NCBI GenBank assembly: GCA_002633005.1
Contig: NMRA01000295.1
Coordinates: forward strand, 184,280-248,279
Reading direction: 5' to 3'
DNA: 64,000 bases
DNA from: Phoronis australis
Taxonomy: Eukaryota > Animalia > Phoronida
In this document: piece after piece, positions 52,001 to 64,000 of the stretch
Layout: every line of letters begins with the position of its first letter
Numbering within the stretch: the first letter of the stretch is position 1
Translations under genes and position numbers: made by a program
Notes under the pieces: generated by a model
Told to the model about the DNA's origin: nothing
The model's input: the letters and a program-made list of their open reading frames with translations, nothing else
Database searches by the model: none

Positions 52001-55000
52001 NNNNNNNNNNNNNNNNNNNNNNNNNNNNNNNNNNNNNNNNNNNNNNNNNNNNNNNNNNNNNNNNNNNNNNNNNNNNNNNNNNNNNNNNNNNNNNNNNNNN
52101 NNNNNNNNNNNNNNNNNNNNNNNNNNNNNNNNNNNNNNNNNNNNNNNNNNNNNNNNNNNNNNNNNNNNNNGTAAGGGTTAAACCGTGGCAACCGACATAA
52201 GCGTGCGGCGGGGACAGTGGAGAAAAGAAAGACTGCTAAATGCGAATAGGAGAGAAAATTCAAGAAAAAATTTTAACAAGTCTGTATCAGTGCATGGTTT
52301 ACCTTTTGAGGACCTTGTCCAGGACAGTGTTATTGCGGTCTCCAGTTTCGCAGTACAGGTTGTCTAAACGCAACTGAAAACGGGCATGTAACGATTCATG
52401 CATATATTTCGAAAAATCGAAAAAAATTGTAAAGCGAAGCTTTTGCGGAGCATACTAATTTACAGGATTTTTTAAATTCAATAAGTCAATTTTACGACTG
52501 CAAAACAACATTTTTCCATGAGCCCCTCTCTGGCAAGGGATAAGGGAGACAATTGTCACTTTTTTCTCGAATTGTATATCACTTGTCAAAAATTTGTTGA
52601 TCTGACAGATAGCATCAATTACTGCAAATTTCTTGATTTTTCAAAATATAGATATTTTCATATTGAGGGGCCCCACTCTTGAAGAAGGCCATTGATGACA
52701 TTCAAGCGGCCACCCTGTTTGTGCTTTAATTGACAAATTCTTAAGGGTCCACTCACGGAGAGAGGACCCAAAGTTGGACCTCTTTGTTGTGAAATCGTGC
52801 AACCGACTTTCATGTTGAGGAAGGTCACTTCCTGCATAGTCTTGTGACCACACGACGGTGGAATGAAGTGTCACTCTTTTCCAAGCTTAATGATATTTAC
52901 ATGTAGCCTTTCATAATTAAGGTGTTCCACTTCAGATGGGACCCTCTCGCGGTGGAGCAGTTCGGAGAAATGTCCCTTTGTCCCTCTATACATGTAAATC
53001 CGACACTGCCTAGTTTTCACGAGGCAAGCTGAGATTCCAAATTCATCCAAAAAAAAACATTCGTTCACACAGCACAGCAGTATCAACACTTTCGACCCAA
53101 ACAACCAAAAACGTGAAAAAATACAGGGTGGAATTTTAAAGAACGTGAAGACCGCTATTTGTTAATTACATAAAAGGGCTATTTCTAATGGTTAGTTATA
53201 GAGTGATGTTACTGTTTTCCATATTATCACAAGAATAGTATAACATGTGGAAAACATTGCTGTCGAGGCTACCATTGGGTGACCGTGAACATGTACATGT
53301 TGAACGAGTGCACTCAAATACTGGCAATAATAAACAAATATTTCAGCCTTTTCGAGGTCAAGTGCAAACTCGTGAACCGTTAATGTTACCTCGGAAATGA
53401 GCAATAATACACCTTACCATGAATGCCCAATCTCACATTTTCCCCGGGTTACCCGTCAAAAATCTGCGAGCATGCCTGTGGAATAACATTCCGTTTTGAT
53501 CAACAAATTTGTTGGTTTTGATATACATGTTGATGTATCTACGAAAACTGACTGGTTAATATCTGATTTTTGGCAATTACAATCTACTGTATTAGTGGTC
53601 TTTTAAGAAATGATTACGATTCAGGGAATTAAGATGAAGCCTGAATATGGAAAAAGCTTTAGTATAATCCGATCCCCAAGTAGTAAACTGCACTTGGATG
53701 CTTTTTGCCTATCTAAAATAATTCTCAAAGACATTGATGAAATTTGGACACTTCCCAAAAATTTACTTACAATTCAAATAACAATAAATAAATTGCTTTT
53801 TTGACTTCGGTACAAGATTTATTGTTTAAACTCACTAACAGGGGATCAAAAAGGAATTAAGTCCTTAAATCAAGGTAAGCGCATTGCTCATGGATTTGAT
53901 TGTTGGTTTCTGATTAACATGTTTATGTATCTATGAAAATGGACTGATTGAGAGGTGATTTTTTACAGTTAGAAGCTAACCTTGTAAGAAATGACAATGC
54001 TTCGATGAACTTAGATGCAGGCCGACATTGGGAAATTTCGATCTATCATAAGATCACCAAATATAAAAGTACACTAAATGATTTTTGTCTCTCTGAAATA
54101 AGTCTCAAGGAAATTAATGAATTTCGGACAGCTCTTCAAAGTGTCCCAAAAAGTTCTCACACTTCAAATGACAGTAAATTGTTTCTTGGCTTAGGAACTA
54201 GATTACTGGGCTTAAGTTTACAAACTGCAGATCGAAAAAGAAGTTTAAATACTTCAGAGCAATTTCATATAAAAACCAGATGGTGGGCTATGTATGCAAA
54301 ATTACCAATTTTTTGAAACTTTTTACATCAGCTGGCCTTGTCAAAAGAAACCTGAGCCTGATTTTTTAAGAGTTTCTGATTTTTTAACCTTTTTATGACC
54401 ACTTCGTACTTTTTCTGAATAATAGCAAAATAAAAGTACTGGGAAATAGGTGACTTTTTGTCAGCAACAACACATCATTACTTCACGCTATAGAAAAAAT
54501 AACTATATAGCAGAAAGAAGAAAGAATAGCATTCAAGAAAAATTAGTTCGGATGGATTTATCGATTTTTATGTCCTCCCATTTTAGCCTACAAAAATGTC
54601 ATTTTCACTGCTTATTGTTAAGGCCATTTTTAAGCATTTTCATCGCTCTCCCAAATCTATATCGGATTCTTTTAGGAACATGAGTTCACATCGATCTGTT
54701 ACTGCTGTCTTTGTTCAGCCCAACGCAAGAATAAAAAATCTTGTCTCTTTCATAGTTTTTGTGCAGTCAGTTTTTTACATAACTCACACACTTTTCTGCC
54801 AATCTATGACTGACAGTTAGATTAAAAAACTCTAGGAGGCGCTACTCTACTGTGCAATTATATATCGACCAAGATGCCAAATAGAACATATATCATTCGC
54901 TTTGCTACATCAGTGACGAAGGAGATCATGGGAAGCTGTATGAGAGATTTTTCTGCGCGGATTTTCAGTTTTGCTGGTGCAAAAATAAAAGTCTGTTATA

Positions 55001-55559
55001 GCATTTCAGAACTCAAAAAGTCAATTTTAATGTACTGATGAGTTAACAATACAACCCCCATCACCATCTCATACTTCAGAGAAGCAGGTTTTATTCTTAT
55101 TAAGGGTACGCATTCCCCCTTGCTTGGTCAGTATTTGAACGCGTAACGGACTAAGAATCCCACGCACTGCCAGCAGTGCATGCTGGTCCATTTTCAGACC
55201 TCTTGGACAAGTCCCTGTATATGCGCTTGAAAAAGTCCTCTCAAACTATTAGCAAAGTTCATACTAAAACTAATCAAGATCTTCGAGATCACTAGTGAAA
55301 AGAGGACGGTGGATACGAGCAGAAGTGTCGTGCCATTGGACATACAAAGAGTCACGCAATGCTTCTTGTACTACACAAGAGCGGCCGAGCATGGTGGCAG
55401 TGCGCCAATGGAATTTGCAATTTCAGAAAAATAACAGTTACGGATATTTACGATTGAAAACATAATACTTTCAGTGATATCCAAGTTACCGGCTTTCCAA
55501 ACCTGTATTTAAACAATTGGGTGTTGTTGCGACTTACCAGCTAAAAGTTTCCCAATATG

Positions 55560-56700
55560 TAAATTCCGTTAATGCGGCGGACCACAGTTTTTGAAGGTAT
55601 GCTAGGTTTAGTGTATGATGCATTTCCACACAACACTTCAAAAAACCGCAAAATACGTCGAATCCATCCCAAAACGGGAACATGCCATTATTTCTTTAAT
55701 AGAAAGCTATTTACCAAATCCAATAAAAATCTGTCAAGGAACTTGGAAGTAAAAGAGGAAAACAAAAAAATGAAATTGCCACTAGGGGGCACAGATTCAT
55801 TGGAAAGTCATCGTCGTCCGTCGTTAACTTCACATAAATACGCTTACTAAAATTAATCAAGATCCTTTCGTGGGCTTAGGAGATACAGCTATGGGCGCAA
55901 AAAAAAACAAAACTGCCACTAGGAGTTTGCCACAGTAGTCGATGTCGTTGGAAAATCATCATTAACCGTCCACTTCACACTAAGAACATAATACTAATTT
56001 TCAAAATTATGTTTAGAGTGGTTTGGTTGTCAGAGGGGCGGACGCTAATAACAGACTAGGAAACAATAAAACTGGCCCTTAGATGGCGTAAAATATGTCA
56101 AATCATCCCAAAACGCCGTTTCTGTATTAGAAAGCTATTTACCAAATTTCATAAAAATCCATCAAGGAACTTCAGAGAAAAGGGGAAAACGGTAAAAATA
56201 AAATTGCGAATAGAGGGCACAGCGTTTGTTGGATCCGTCTGAAAGTCGTCGTCGTCCGCTGTCAACTTCATATAAATACACTTGCTAAATTTAATATAGA
56301 TCCTGCAATGGGTTTAGTAGAAACACTCATATGCGCTACAAAAAACAAAACTGCCACTAGGAGGAGCCAAAGTAGTCAAAGTCGTCGGAAGGCTATCGTC
56401 AACCGTTTTCTTCACACTAAAAACATATATGCCAATTTTCACAATCATTCTATAGATGGTTTGTTTGATAGAAGGGCAGACTTGAAAACAGTAAAAATGG
56501 CCACTGGGTGGAACAAAATACCTCAAATACATCCGAAAATGGGAGGGTAACGCCATCTCCCTAATAGATGGTTATGTGCCAAATTTCATGAAAATCCTTT
56601 GAGGAGCTTTGAAAATACAGAGGTAAATGTATAAAACTAGGATTGCCACTAGGGGGCACACCTGTTGTTGTATCCATCCGAAATTTGTCGTCATCTGTCA
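55560..56700 (-). mobile_element. HINE-like diverged tandem array (inverted copy of the 13155-14970 family)
   Basis: Recurring GCCACTAGGGGGCAC and CCAAATTTCATGAAAATCC are reverse complements of motifs in 11221-11995 and 13155-14970. Confidence 0.55.
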
Positions 56701-57114
56701 TGTGGGCTCGTAAAAACCCGTGTTCTATTCAAAAACTGATGAGGTGCACATCTGAATACGGCTGACCGACAAGTCAGAGATGACTGCATGGCAAAATGTA
56801 ATGAAATGAAAAATTATGATCACCTGCCATTACAATTTTAAAGGGAAGTGAACTGTATTGTCAATTATTGAGTCGTGGGGTATATTCATGAGTGGAGCTT
56901 CTTTCCATGCTTAGAAAATATTTTGACACAAATATTAAATTACAAATTACGGCAAGTAATCACCTCAGGGATGGTCGCCATCATTGCTCTGGCATAATCT
57001 ACTATCTTCAAATGCGACCCGAGCAGACTAGTGGAATGGCAAATTTGGTGACGATTTCACCAGCTCTCATATGTACTAAAGATGTGTATAAAGATGGTCA
57101 CCTTTTGTACAAGT

Positions 57115-57755
57115 GGTCTTTCGGCATAAAAATGGGTCACACCTTTGAACCATTTGAGTAAATATGGATCACAATTTTCAGACTTGCAAGATATAACATG
57201 GTTGCAATTTCCAGCAGCCCATCCTAACCCGCTAACCGGATAGGCCTGTCAGGTTTGTGCGCTTGAGCAGTCAGTAAGTCGAAAGTGGTCAGCAAGAGCT
57301 AATACAATATTCTGAACTGAAGTTATGACCTGTTGACCCAGGCCAACAGTTGTGATAAATATGAAGTAACTTTTTAGCAATTGCTACTAATGTCTTACTT
57401 GCACTAACAGGGAATAACAAATCAAACTGGCGAAAAATCTTTTGCGACATGCGAAAGTCAACGCCCCGTTCAATCTTCCGCTTCGTTCTAGATATGTGTT
57501 CTGGATAACAGCAGGTCAAATTTTGTCTAAAGCCAAGTCCAAACTCATGTCGATGCGTAAAACATATAACGGCACATTTCCATTGGTTTGCCAGTCCAAC
57601 CTCCTCTGGTCTTTCGGTATGAACATGGGTCACACCTTTGAACCATTTGAGTAAATATGGATCACAATTTTCAGACTTGTAAGGTATAACATGGTTGCAA
57701 TTTTCAAAGTCCAGCAGCCCATCCTGACCCCGGCGCTAACCGGATAGGCCTGTCA
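57115..57755. repeat. About 140-bp direct duplication (57115-57251 and 57607-57755)
   Basis: GGTCTTTCGG..A..ATGGGTCACACCTTTGAACCATTTGAGTAAATATGGATCACAATTTTCAGACTTG...GCTAACCGGATAGGCCTGTCA occurs twice. Confidence 0.9.
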
Positions 57756-59426
57756 AGTTAAACAGAGTGTTTCAGAAAATTGGGGCCTCAAAAGTGAAAC
57801 TTAATTTGTGATATTGCATTGTTGATATTAGATCATATATTTCAGGTGATATCTCTGAACTAAAAGAGTAGCCTCAATTCTCTTGTCAGTCAGAGTAAGG
57901 CCAAATCACAAAAATGCCCAAATTTGAGGGCCACGTTTAGCACTAAATATATAAGAGACAAGTTTTTTTTAAGAGCAATTATCAAAGATCAGTCTTAGAA
58001 GTGTCTACACAGAGAATTTCAACTTAAATATATTCCGATATAGCAGGCAGATTAAGCAACATCTTGCCACTTGTGACTGGCCTGAAAAATGGTCTCGGAG
58101 TTTTCTCCCCTGCTGGAAATTTAAATGGAGCTATGAGTTTCAAATTTCATTTTCTTACTAACCTTACAAGAGTCTTTATGACCATCAGTGTCAAACTTTG
58201 TCACCAGTTTTCCAAGTTTGATCTTTTGCCGTTCCAAAAGAGCAGTTTTACTGACATGAAAAAATGCAAAATATGCCTTTATAGCCAAATAGGTCATTGA
58301 GCGCAAATACTGCAGCAGTGTACTTTGGGCCAGCATCCCAGCACATACACAAAATATTAGCTCTGTATAACTTTTAGTGATTTTTCATTTTCATATAGTT
58401 TTGATATGGAATCATTCTTAAACGAATAAAATCTAAGTCATTGGTCGTCAAATTGGAAAGGATCTCTTTGCACTTCTTTGATGAATTTTTGTTCTTCAAA
58501 ATTGAATCATTTGCTTACATTTCTCGTGTATACTACACACACGGCAAGCGCACCAACCTAAAATATAGGAGGGCTCGAATTTTTGAGGATGTAGACCATA
58601 TACTAAAGAAAAAAACGGACTACGGCATTTTTTCAGGGTTATGAATTGTGCATACGCCAAATTCTTGCCTTAGTGGACTTTTGCCTCGTTTTCCTCGGAC
58701 ATTTTGTTTCTTTGAGGCGGACCTTTTTGATCCCTATGGGTGGGCGCATACACGGAGCACTTCATGACTGCCACACCCACCATGTAGTAGGCCGGCGTGG
58801 AATCTCAGTTACCCACGGGAACTGAATTTGAACTCAAGACATTGAAGTGAGCACATACCTTTGTGTATCTAAAAGCGTTTTAAAAATGCGCATTTTCTTG
58901 GTGAATGTTACCAAAAAGCGCCTAAAGGCAGCATGGTGAAGTTACAGAGTCCAAGCAGCTTGTTTTCGGAAATGCTGAAAAGCACTGCAAAAAATTAAGT
59001 TCATCAAAATTGTGTTCTGTTTTTATCTGATCCGGAATCCTTGAAAACAATGTACATACTTACCGATTGAAATAGCCACAGACTTCCCAACGGCGGATGA
59101 ACTTCTTTCGAAAAGAAGAACTGATCGCTTCTGCAGCATAGAAATGGCAAAGAGTGGCAAAATCTGAAAATAGCGTTATTTGTTTGAGAACTCACTGTAG
59201 ACCCAAAAATCCCCGTATTTTTATATTTGTTTCTGTGCTTTTGTTGCTATAAGTGTGTTGACAAAATGAAAACACTACACAAAGACTGTCAACGGCTCTG
59301 ATATATGGCATACTATGGTATATTGTATTTATTAATAATTTGCAAATGGATTTTATAACTAGTTTGAATTAAATATTGAAGGTTCTGAGCAATGAAGATG
59401 GTCACAAGCACACCGATATATTTCAG

Positions 59427-59957
59427 GAAACATCGGCTCAAAACTGTTGACTACAGACCACGTATCCCTGCTGAGAAAGTGGTTTCCCGGAAAAGCATTC
59501 AAGCTCTTGTACCGGGCATCACGTGACGGCATGAAAGGTTCAACATTTCACAGCAAATGCAACAACAAGGGCCCAACCATCTCTATCGGAAAAGATTCAA
59601 AGACTGGAACCGTGTACGGTGGGTATGCCTCTGTCTCCTGGAGGGGCACCGGTGGTTTCAAGCGCGACAGCAACGCATTCTTGTTTCGGATGTGTGGACA
59701 AGAATGTACATCAGCCAGGTACAGTCAGTACAGAAATTACAACAACGCTCTGTACGAGAACTCCATCTATGGTCCAACTTTTGGCGGGGGTCACGACCTG
59801 TTGCTCTTTAGTGGTAGCAACTCGCACATGTATGACAGCACCAACAAGTACTTCCCATCTAACGGCTACTGCAACACAAATAGACACACCTACAACGGCA
59901 AACTAGGCTGTGGATGGAAGGTTAAATGGACAGACGTTGAGGTGTGGAGCGTTATTG
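59427..59957 (+). CDS. TLDc-domain exon (IFI44-like TLDc subtype), internal exon of a partial gene
   Basis: TTTCAG acceptor and GTAAG donor; 531 nt, phase 1-1. KLLYRASRDG...FHSKCNNKGPT...VYGGY..VSW...DSNAFLF...YGPTFGGGHDL...DVEVWSV is the TLDc consensus. Confidence 0.9.
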
Positions 59958-60849
59958 GTAAGAATTTACCTTTTGTCCTCGTTTTAAAATTTGGCTCCTG
60001 TGAATTGTAATTGTCGGCTTTATTGCTAAATAAGTAGCTTATCGAAAATCTTCCCACTTAAACTAATTGCTCAAAAATTGTGACAAACTGTAGTAGTATA
60101 ACGTTCTTTTAAAATAAAAATGCGTTTTGAATAAACTAACTTTGATAAAGTACTTTTAGTTGTATATTTTAAGTGTTAGCATTCAACCAAGAAATCACTG
60201 TAGAAGAGAAAAATTAACTTAAAATCGTGATTAAAATGTGACTCAGTACAACGCCACTCCTTTGTAAAACTGAAGTTGAAGTTCCAAATTGAACAAAAGG
60301 AAAAAGTCCTTGTTTGTTAGTCACGTCCATTGTGTATGAATCTCCAAAACGAGGATGCTTTTCAGCAGACATAGTGTTTCAAAATAGGGTAAATTAATTA
60401 CTGGCTTTGATTTAAAAATTGGTGATCTGTATTTTTATGGAGAATCAACGTTGTATTAAAGATTGGGCGGAGTCGAATGACAATTTACTGAAGAAAAATG
60501 TTCGGGTAACCCCTACAAAAAGCAAATCGGGGCGCTTGATTTTGTTCCCTTCCGAAGAAGCAGCACCCTTCCTCCCTAAACCCGTCCTTGGTATGTCAAG
60601 GAACTGTTGAAAGAAAAGTTCCATAAATCGCTCAGGAGAAATAATCACAAATATTCTTCTGTACCCGAAATGCTGATCGACGTAAAACTGAAAAAGGCGA
60701 CAAATGAAACAAAATTAAAATTTAATGTATATTTTTAAGGTCAGACAATAAACTTTTTTCACCAACACAGAGTTCGATGTTTTCGTGTAAGTAGTCGGCA
60801 ACTCAAACTTCTGCCTATTTATTGCCAGAGACCGTAGAGGGACCGTTAA

Positions 60850-62346
60850 AGGAGAATGCCACCCGATTTAATTAGTCTTTTTTACAATCTTAATCGGTCT
60901 AAATCCACATCGCCTCTTATACGGTCGACCTCACCTTGCCGAGAGGTGTCGCGTTAACCTGTAAGGAAGGTGAGAAACGACGTTGCGACGTCAGTGGTTC
61001 GTCTGCACATGCCGCTATATTGCGGTGCATCGTTCCCGCTTGTCCGAACTATGAAGTTACGAAGAAAGCGGGTATATCGTTTTTTTTTTTGACTTCTTCG
61101 AGAGCCCGAAATGCTTAGGAAGTTTCTCACGGTAGTGAAGAATGAAAGTTACGCAGTAAATAACAAGTATGAGGCCGTGAAACATGTGTCTGTGGCCGGC
61201 ATTTCGTCTACAGTGATTTCTCTTACGAATTCCGGCTCACCAAAGAACTGTCCATACTTTCCGTTGCCTGTGCATATTCACGGCGCCACTCTAATATTTC
61301 TTGTTCAGTGTATTCCGGTTCGAACTGGCCTGTGAAACCTAACTATCCGACCCGTGAAGTCTTCGTCGGATGAGCTCTTGACTAAGTCGGGATTGGCGCC
61401 GGGAGAGTTGCCATGTAGACGTTTATTATTCTGCGTTCTATTTCAAAATGAATTATTCTCATCCTGACCAATGCTTACATAAAATTGAAACAAAGTCTGT
61501 CTCATTAGATACAATTTGTAATGCTTTTGGAGTACTCGTGAGTGCAAATGTTTTGAGAAGCCAGCAATGCATAAACCACTGCGTTACCGGCTTTTGATGC
61601 AGGCAATTAAGGAATTGACCAGGCACCGAGGCCGTGTGAGCGCATTCTAATTCAGTGTTTGCTGACAGAAAGCTGGTGTGAAACAATTACACGATTTTAT
61701 ATGCTATGGTCACATAGGAGAATCTTTATTTAGAAATACAAATACATTATTCAAATCATTGTTACTGTACAACCTTTGCCCTGACGGTCTGTGGAAGGGA
61801 ACCCAACTTCGCGGTCCCCGACAGGTATAGACTTTCAGTATCGTGGCTAATTCACATAACTAATTACGTGCACATTATTTCTTTGGTTCACTATTATAGT
61901 CTTTTCGTGACTGGAGGTTTAGTTTCCAACTCAAGCTGGTTTATGTTCGTGCAAGTTCCGGCGGCCGCGACGGGTCTGATCAGGTTCCTAGCCACTGGCC
62001 AGGATAACAAGCATTTTGTTTGTTTAGAACTCAAAAAATCACAAGTCTAAACGCGAAATAAAACATCACGCTTTTATAAGAACTCGGTGTATTTTTAAGG
62101 GTTTTACATCGAAGTTTGATGATTTATTGGTGTTAAACGATGAATTCAAGCGATAAGCTGACACCAGTAACCCGTGTTGTGAACTGCTGAACAGACTGCG
62201 TGTGAAACCAATGACGTCATTGGATAATTTCAACACCTCCGTCTGCCGTCAGGTGTCAAGTAACGCAAGCGAATGTGCCGTTATCGAGCAGAGCTTCTCG
62301 ATCTAAACTGGTACAAAATAGGTTGTTTTTTGGGTGACATTCTCCT
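60850..62346 (+). mobile_element. Kolobok-like non-autonomous DNA transposon, copy 2, with THAP remnant, in the TLDc gene intron
   Basis: TTAA TSDs at 60846-60849 and 62347-62350; TIRs AGGAGAATG(C/T)CACCC; RCIVPACPNYEVTKKAGISFF THAP start near 61023; inverted homolog of 17231-18730. Confidence 0.9.
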
Positions 62347-62404
62347 TTAATTCCTTTGCTGTTACTTTATTACTCATAACATGCGATTGTTTCCTCTTTT
62401 TCAG

Positions 62405-62496
62405 ACGGCAACTCATGCCTCGTTTTCAACCCCAGTACCAAGGACATGGAAAAAAAGAGCTGTAGCTACAAAGCACGTTATATCTGTGAAATTTAG
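62405..62496 (+). CDS. Probable terminal exon of the TLDc gene, C-type-lectin-like C-terminal motif
   Basis: Strong acceptor TTCCTCTTTTTCAG, phase matches the TLDc donor; reads (D)GNSCLVFNPSTKDMEKKSCSYKARYICEI*; AATAAA at 62595-62600. Confidence 0.65.
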
Positions 62497-64000
62497 GTCA
62501 GAATAATACGGCGCCTACGTCATGGCTTAAACTATAAGCGATTAAGAATTGAAAATCATTGATGAAATTTATGTACTAGTAAAGACAATATTAAAATAAA
62601 ATTCCCTGCTTGATTATAATGCTTGTGTTATATTTTTGTTGGTAAATTTTAAGAACCGACAGAAACTTTTTCCTTTCTTAATCTCACTGCGGTCAAAATC
62701 GACACCATTGAGTTTCCAAAAGATTCAGAGCCAATGGAACTATCTACCTTTGCTTTTTCAAAAAGCCAGCACATACGTACTAATACTTACGTGTTCGTAT
62801 CAATGTTATTGATTACAGTCTTGAAAACTTTGTTGATATCCAAAATGTGCGAATAATTGAGTTGAATTAAATTAATTTCAGCTGTATGACAAACATGAAT
62901 TTTTATCAGCCGTTTTCATGCCCTTCTGATTTTGAAGCTTTTAAAAGATTGAAACATCGATTTCTATTTAGTGCAAATGATTATTCGCTTCGTAAAATTA
63001 TGCATGCGCACTTTTATCATCGTCTATGGCCGTGCACATTTCTGATTACATACGAATTGCAGGTATATTAGCTGTCAAAAATGAAGTTATTCGATGGCTA
63101 TTTAAAAGGGGTTTTTAAGTAGCTGATACATGTACCTCTGTTGTTTGAGGGTGAATAATTTTAGACACAAAATTTCCTGCGCATTGACACAAAGGATACA
63201 TAGCTCAATCAAGAAGTATCTCACTGTTAAGATTTTTGAAAAAATCTATGTTCAAATTGAAAACTACAAATTTCAAGGATACGTAACATAAAAGTGTTAC
63301 GCGACCTTTTGCGGCAAGAGTTAAGATTGGTTTGTTATCTATTATTCGGGAAATGTGTTGATTAAAAACGACAGATTAGAAAGATTTTCAACAAACGAAT
63401 CCACTGATGTTGATAGTGTAAAGCGCGAAGACGCGTACTGTGCATGTACTAGCGCAAGAAAGTCAATAATGTATTTTGGGTTTTCGAATTTAACTGGACG
63501 ACGTCGCTACTCAGAGAGGTTTCGACGCAAAAATCGCGACTATATTTACATATCTTTTCGACTCGAACTCGTTTCAGGAAAAATTTGGAAACCGTCTCGA
63601 CAAGTGTTGCTCCACAAACAGTATGGAAATCCCGATGAATTACGTTGCACGTACATTCACAAATAAACATTTATCGATTATGCGCTCAATAAGTTCTGAC
63701 TACACTCTAGACAAAGGGCTATTTTGTTCAGATAAAACTTTGACTAAACGGCAAAACAATTTGAGCAAGAAGTTTGCCTGAAAAAGTTTTACGAAAGGTG
63801 ACAAATAGGACGAAGCGGCCTTCCGGTTCATCAAATTGACATCGTTTCCTTTTACACTGTAGACGATTTTTGTTGGAAAAGAAATTAAGAAAGAACGCCT
63901 AGTATTGATACTTTCCATTCAAAGCAACATTGACATTGGCGAAGTGGACTCGAAACAAATTGCCGGTAGGACTCGTACTTAACTGGGGGTGGGGGGGGGG

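Overview
Eukaryotic (invertebrate-like, AT-rich, intron-containing) genomic DNA with five assembly gaps. Three host genes are supported by splice-site and protein-motif reading. (1) The 3' nine coding exons of UBR7 (UBR-box/PHD E3 ligase, + strand, 362-12173). (2) A complete five-exon clan-2-like cytochrome P450 (- strand, 43072-19067, about 520 aa), convergent with UBR7. (3) A partial + strand gene with a symmetric TLDc-domain exon (59427-59957) apparently spliced to a terminal exon that resembles the C-terminal half of a C-type lectin domain (62405-62496). Introns and intergenic DNA are dense with mobile-element relics: a Penelope-like fragment (GIY-YIG remnant between inverted repeats carrying hammerhead-ribozyme motifs), a decayed Ty3/gypsy LTR element, two inverted 1.5-kb TTAA-associated THAP-bearing Kolobok-like elements, an IS3EU-like remnant, a TIR element carrying C2H2 zinc fingers, Helentron/HINE-like and Crypton-like repeats, and many minisatellites. 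The most interesting candidates are the TLDc/C-type-lectin-like exon fusion, the reciprocal TIR variants of the two Kolobok-like copies (possible 42-kb inversion), and the strand-asymmetric hammerhead motifs inside a UBR7 intron. All calls come from manual reading; no database searches were run.
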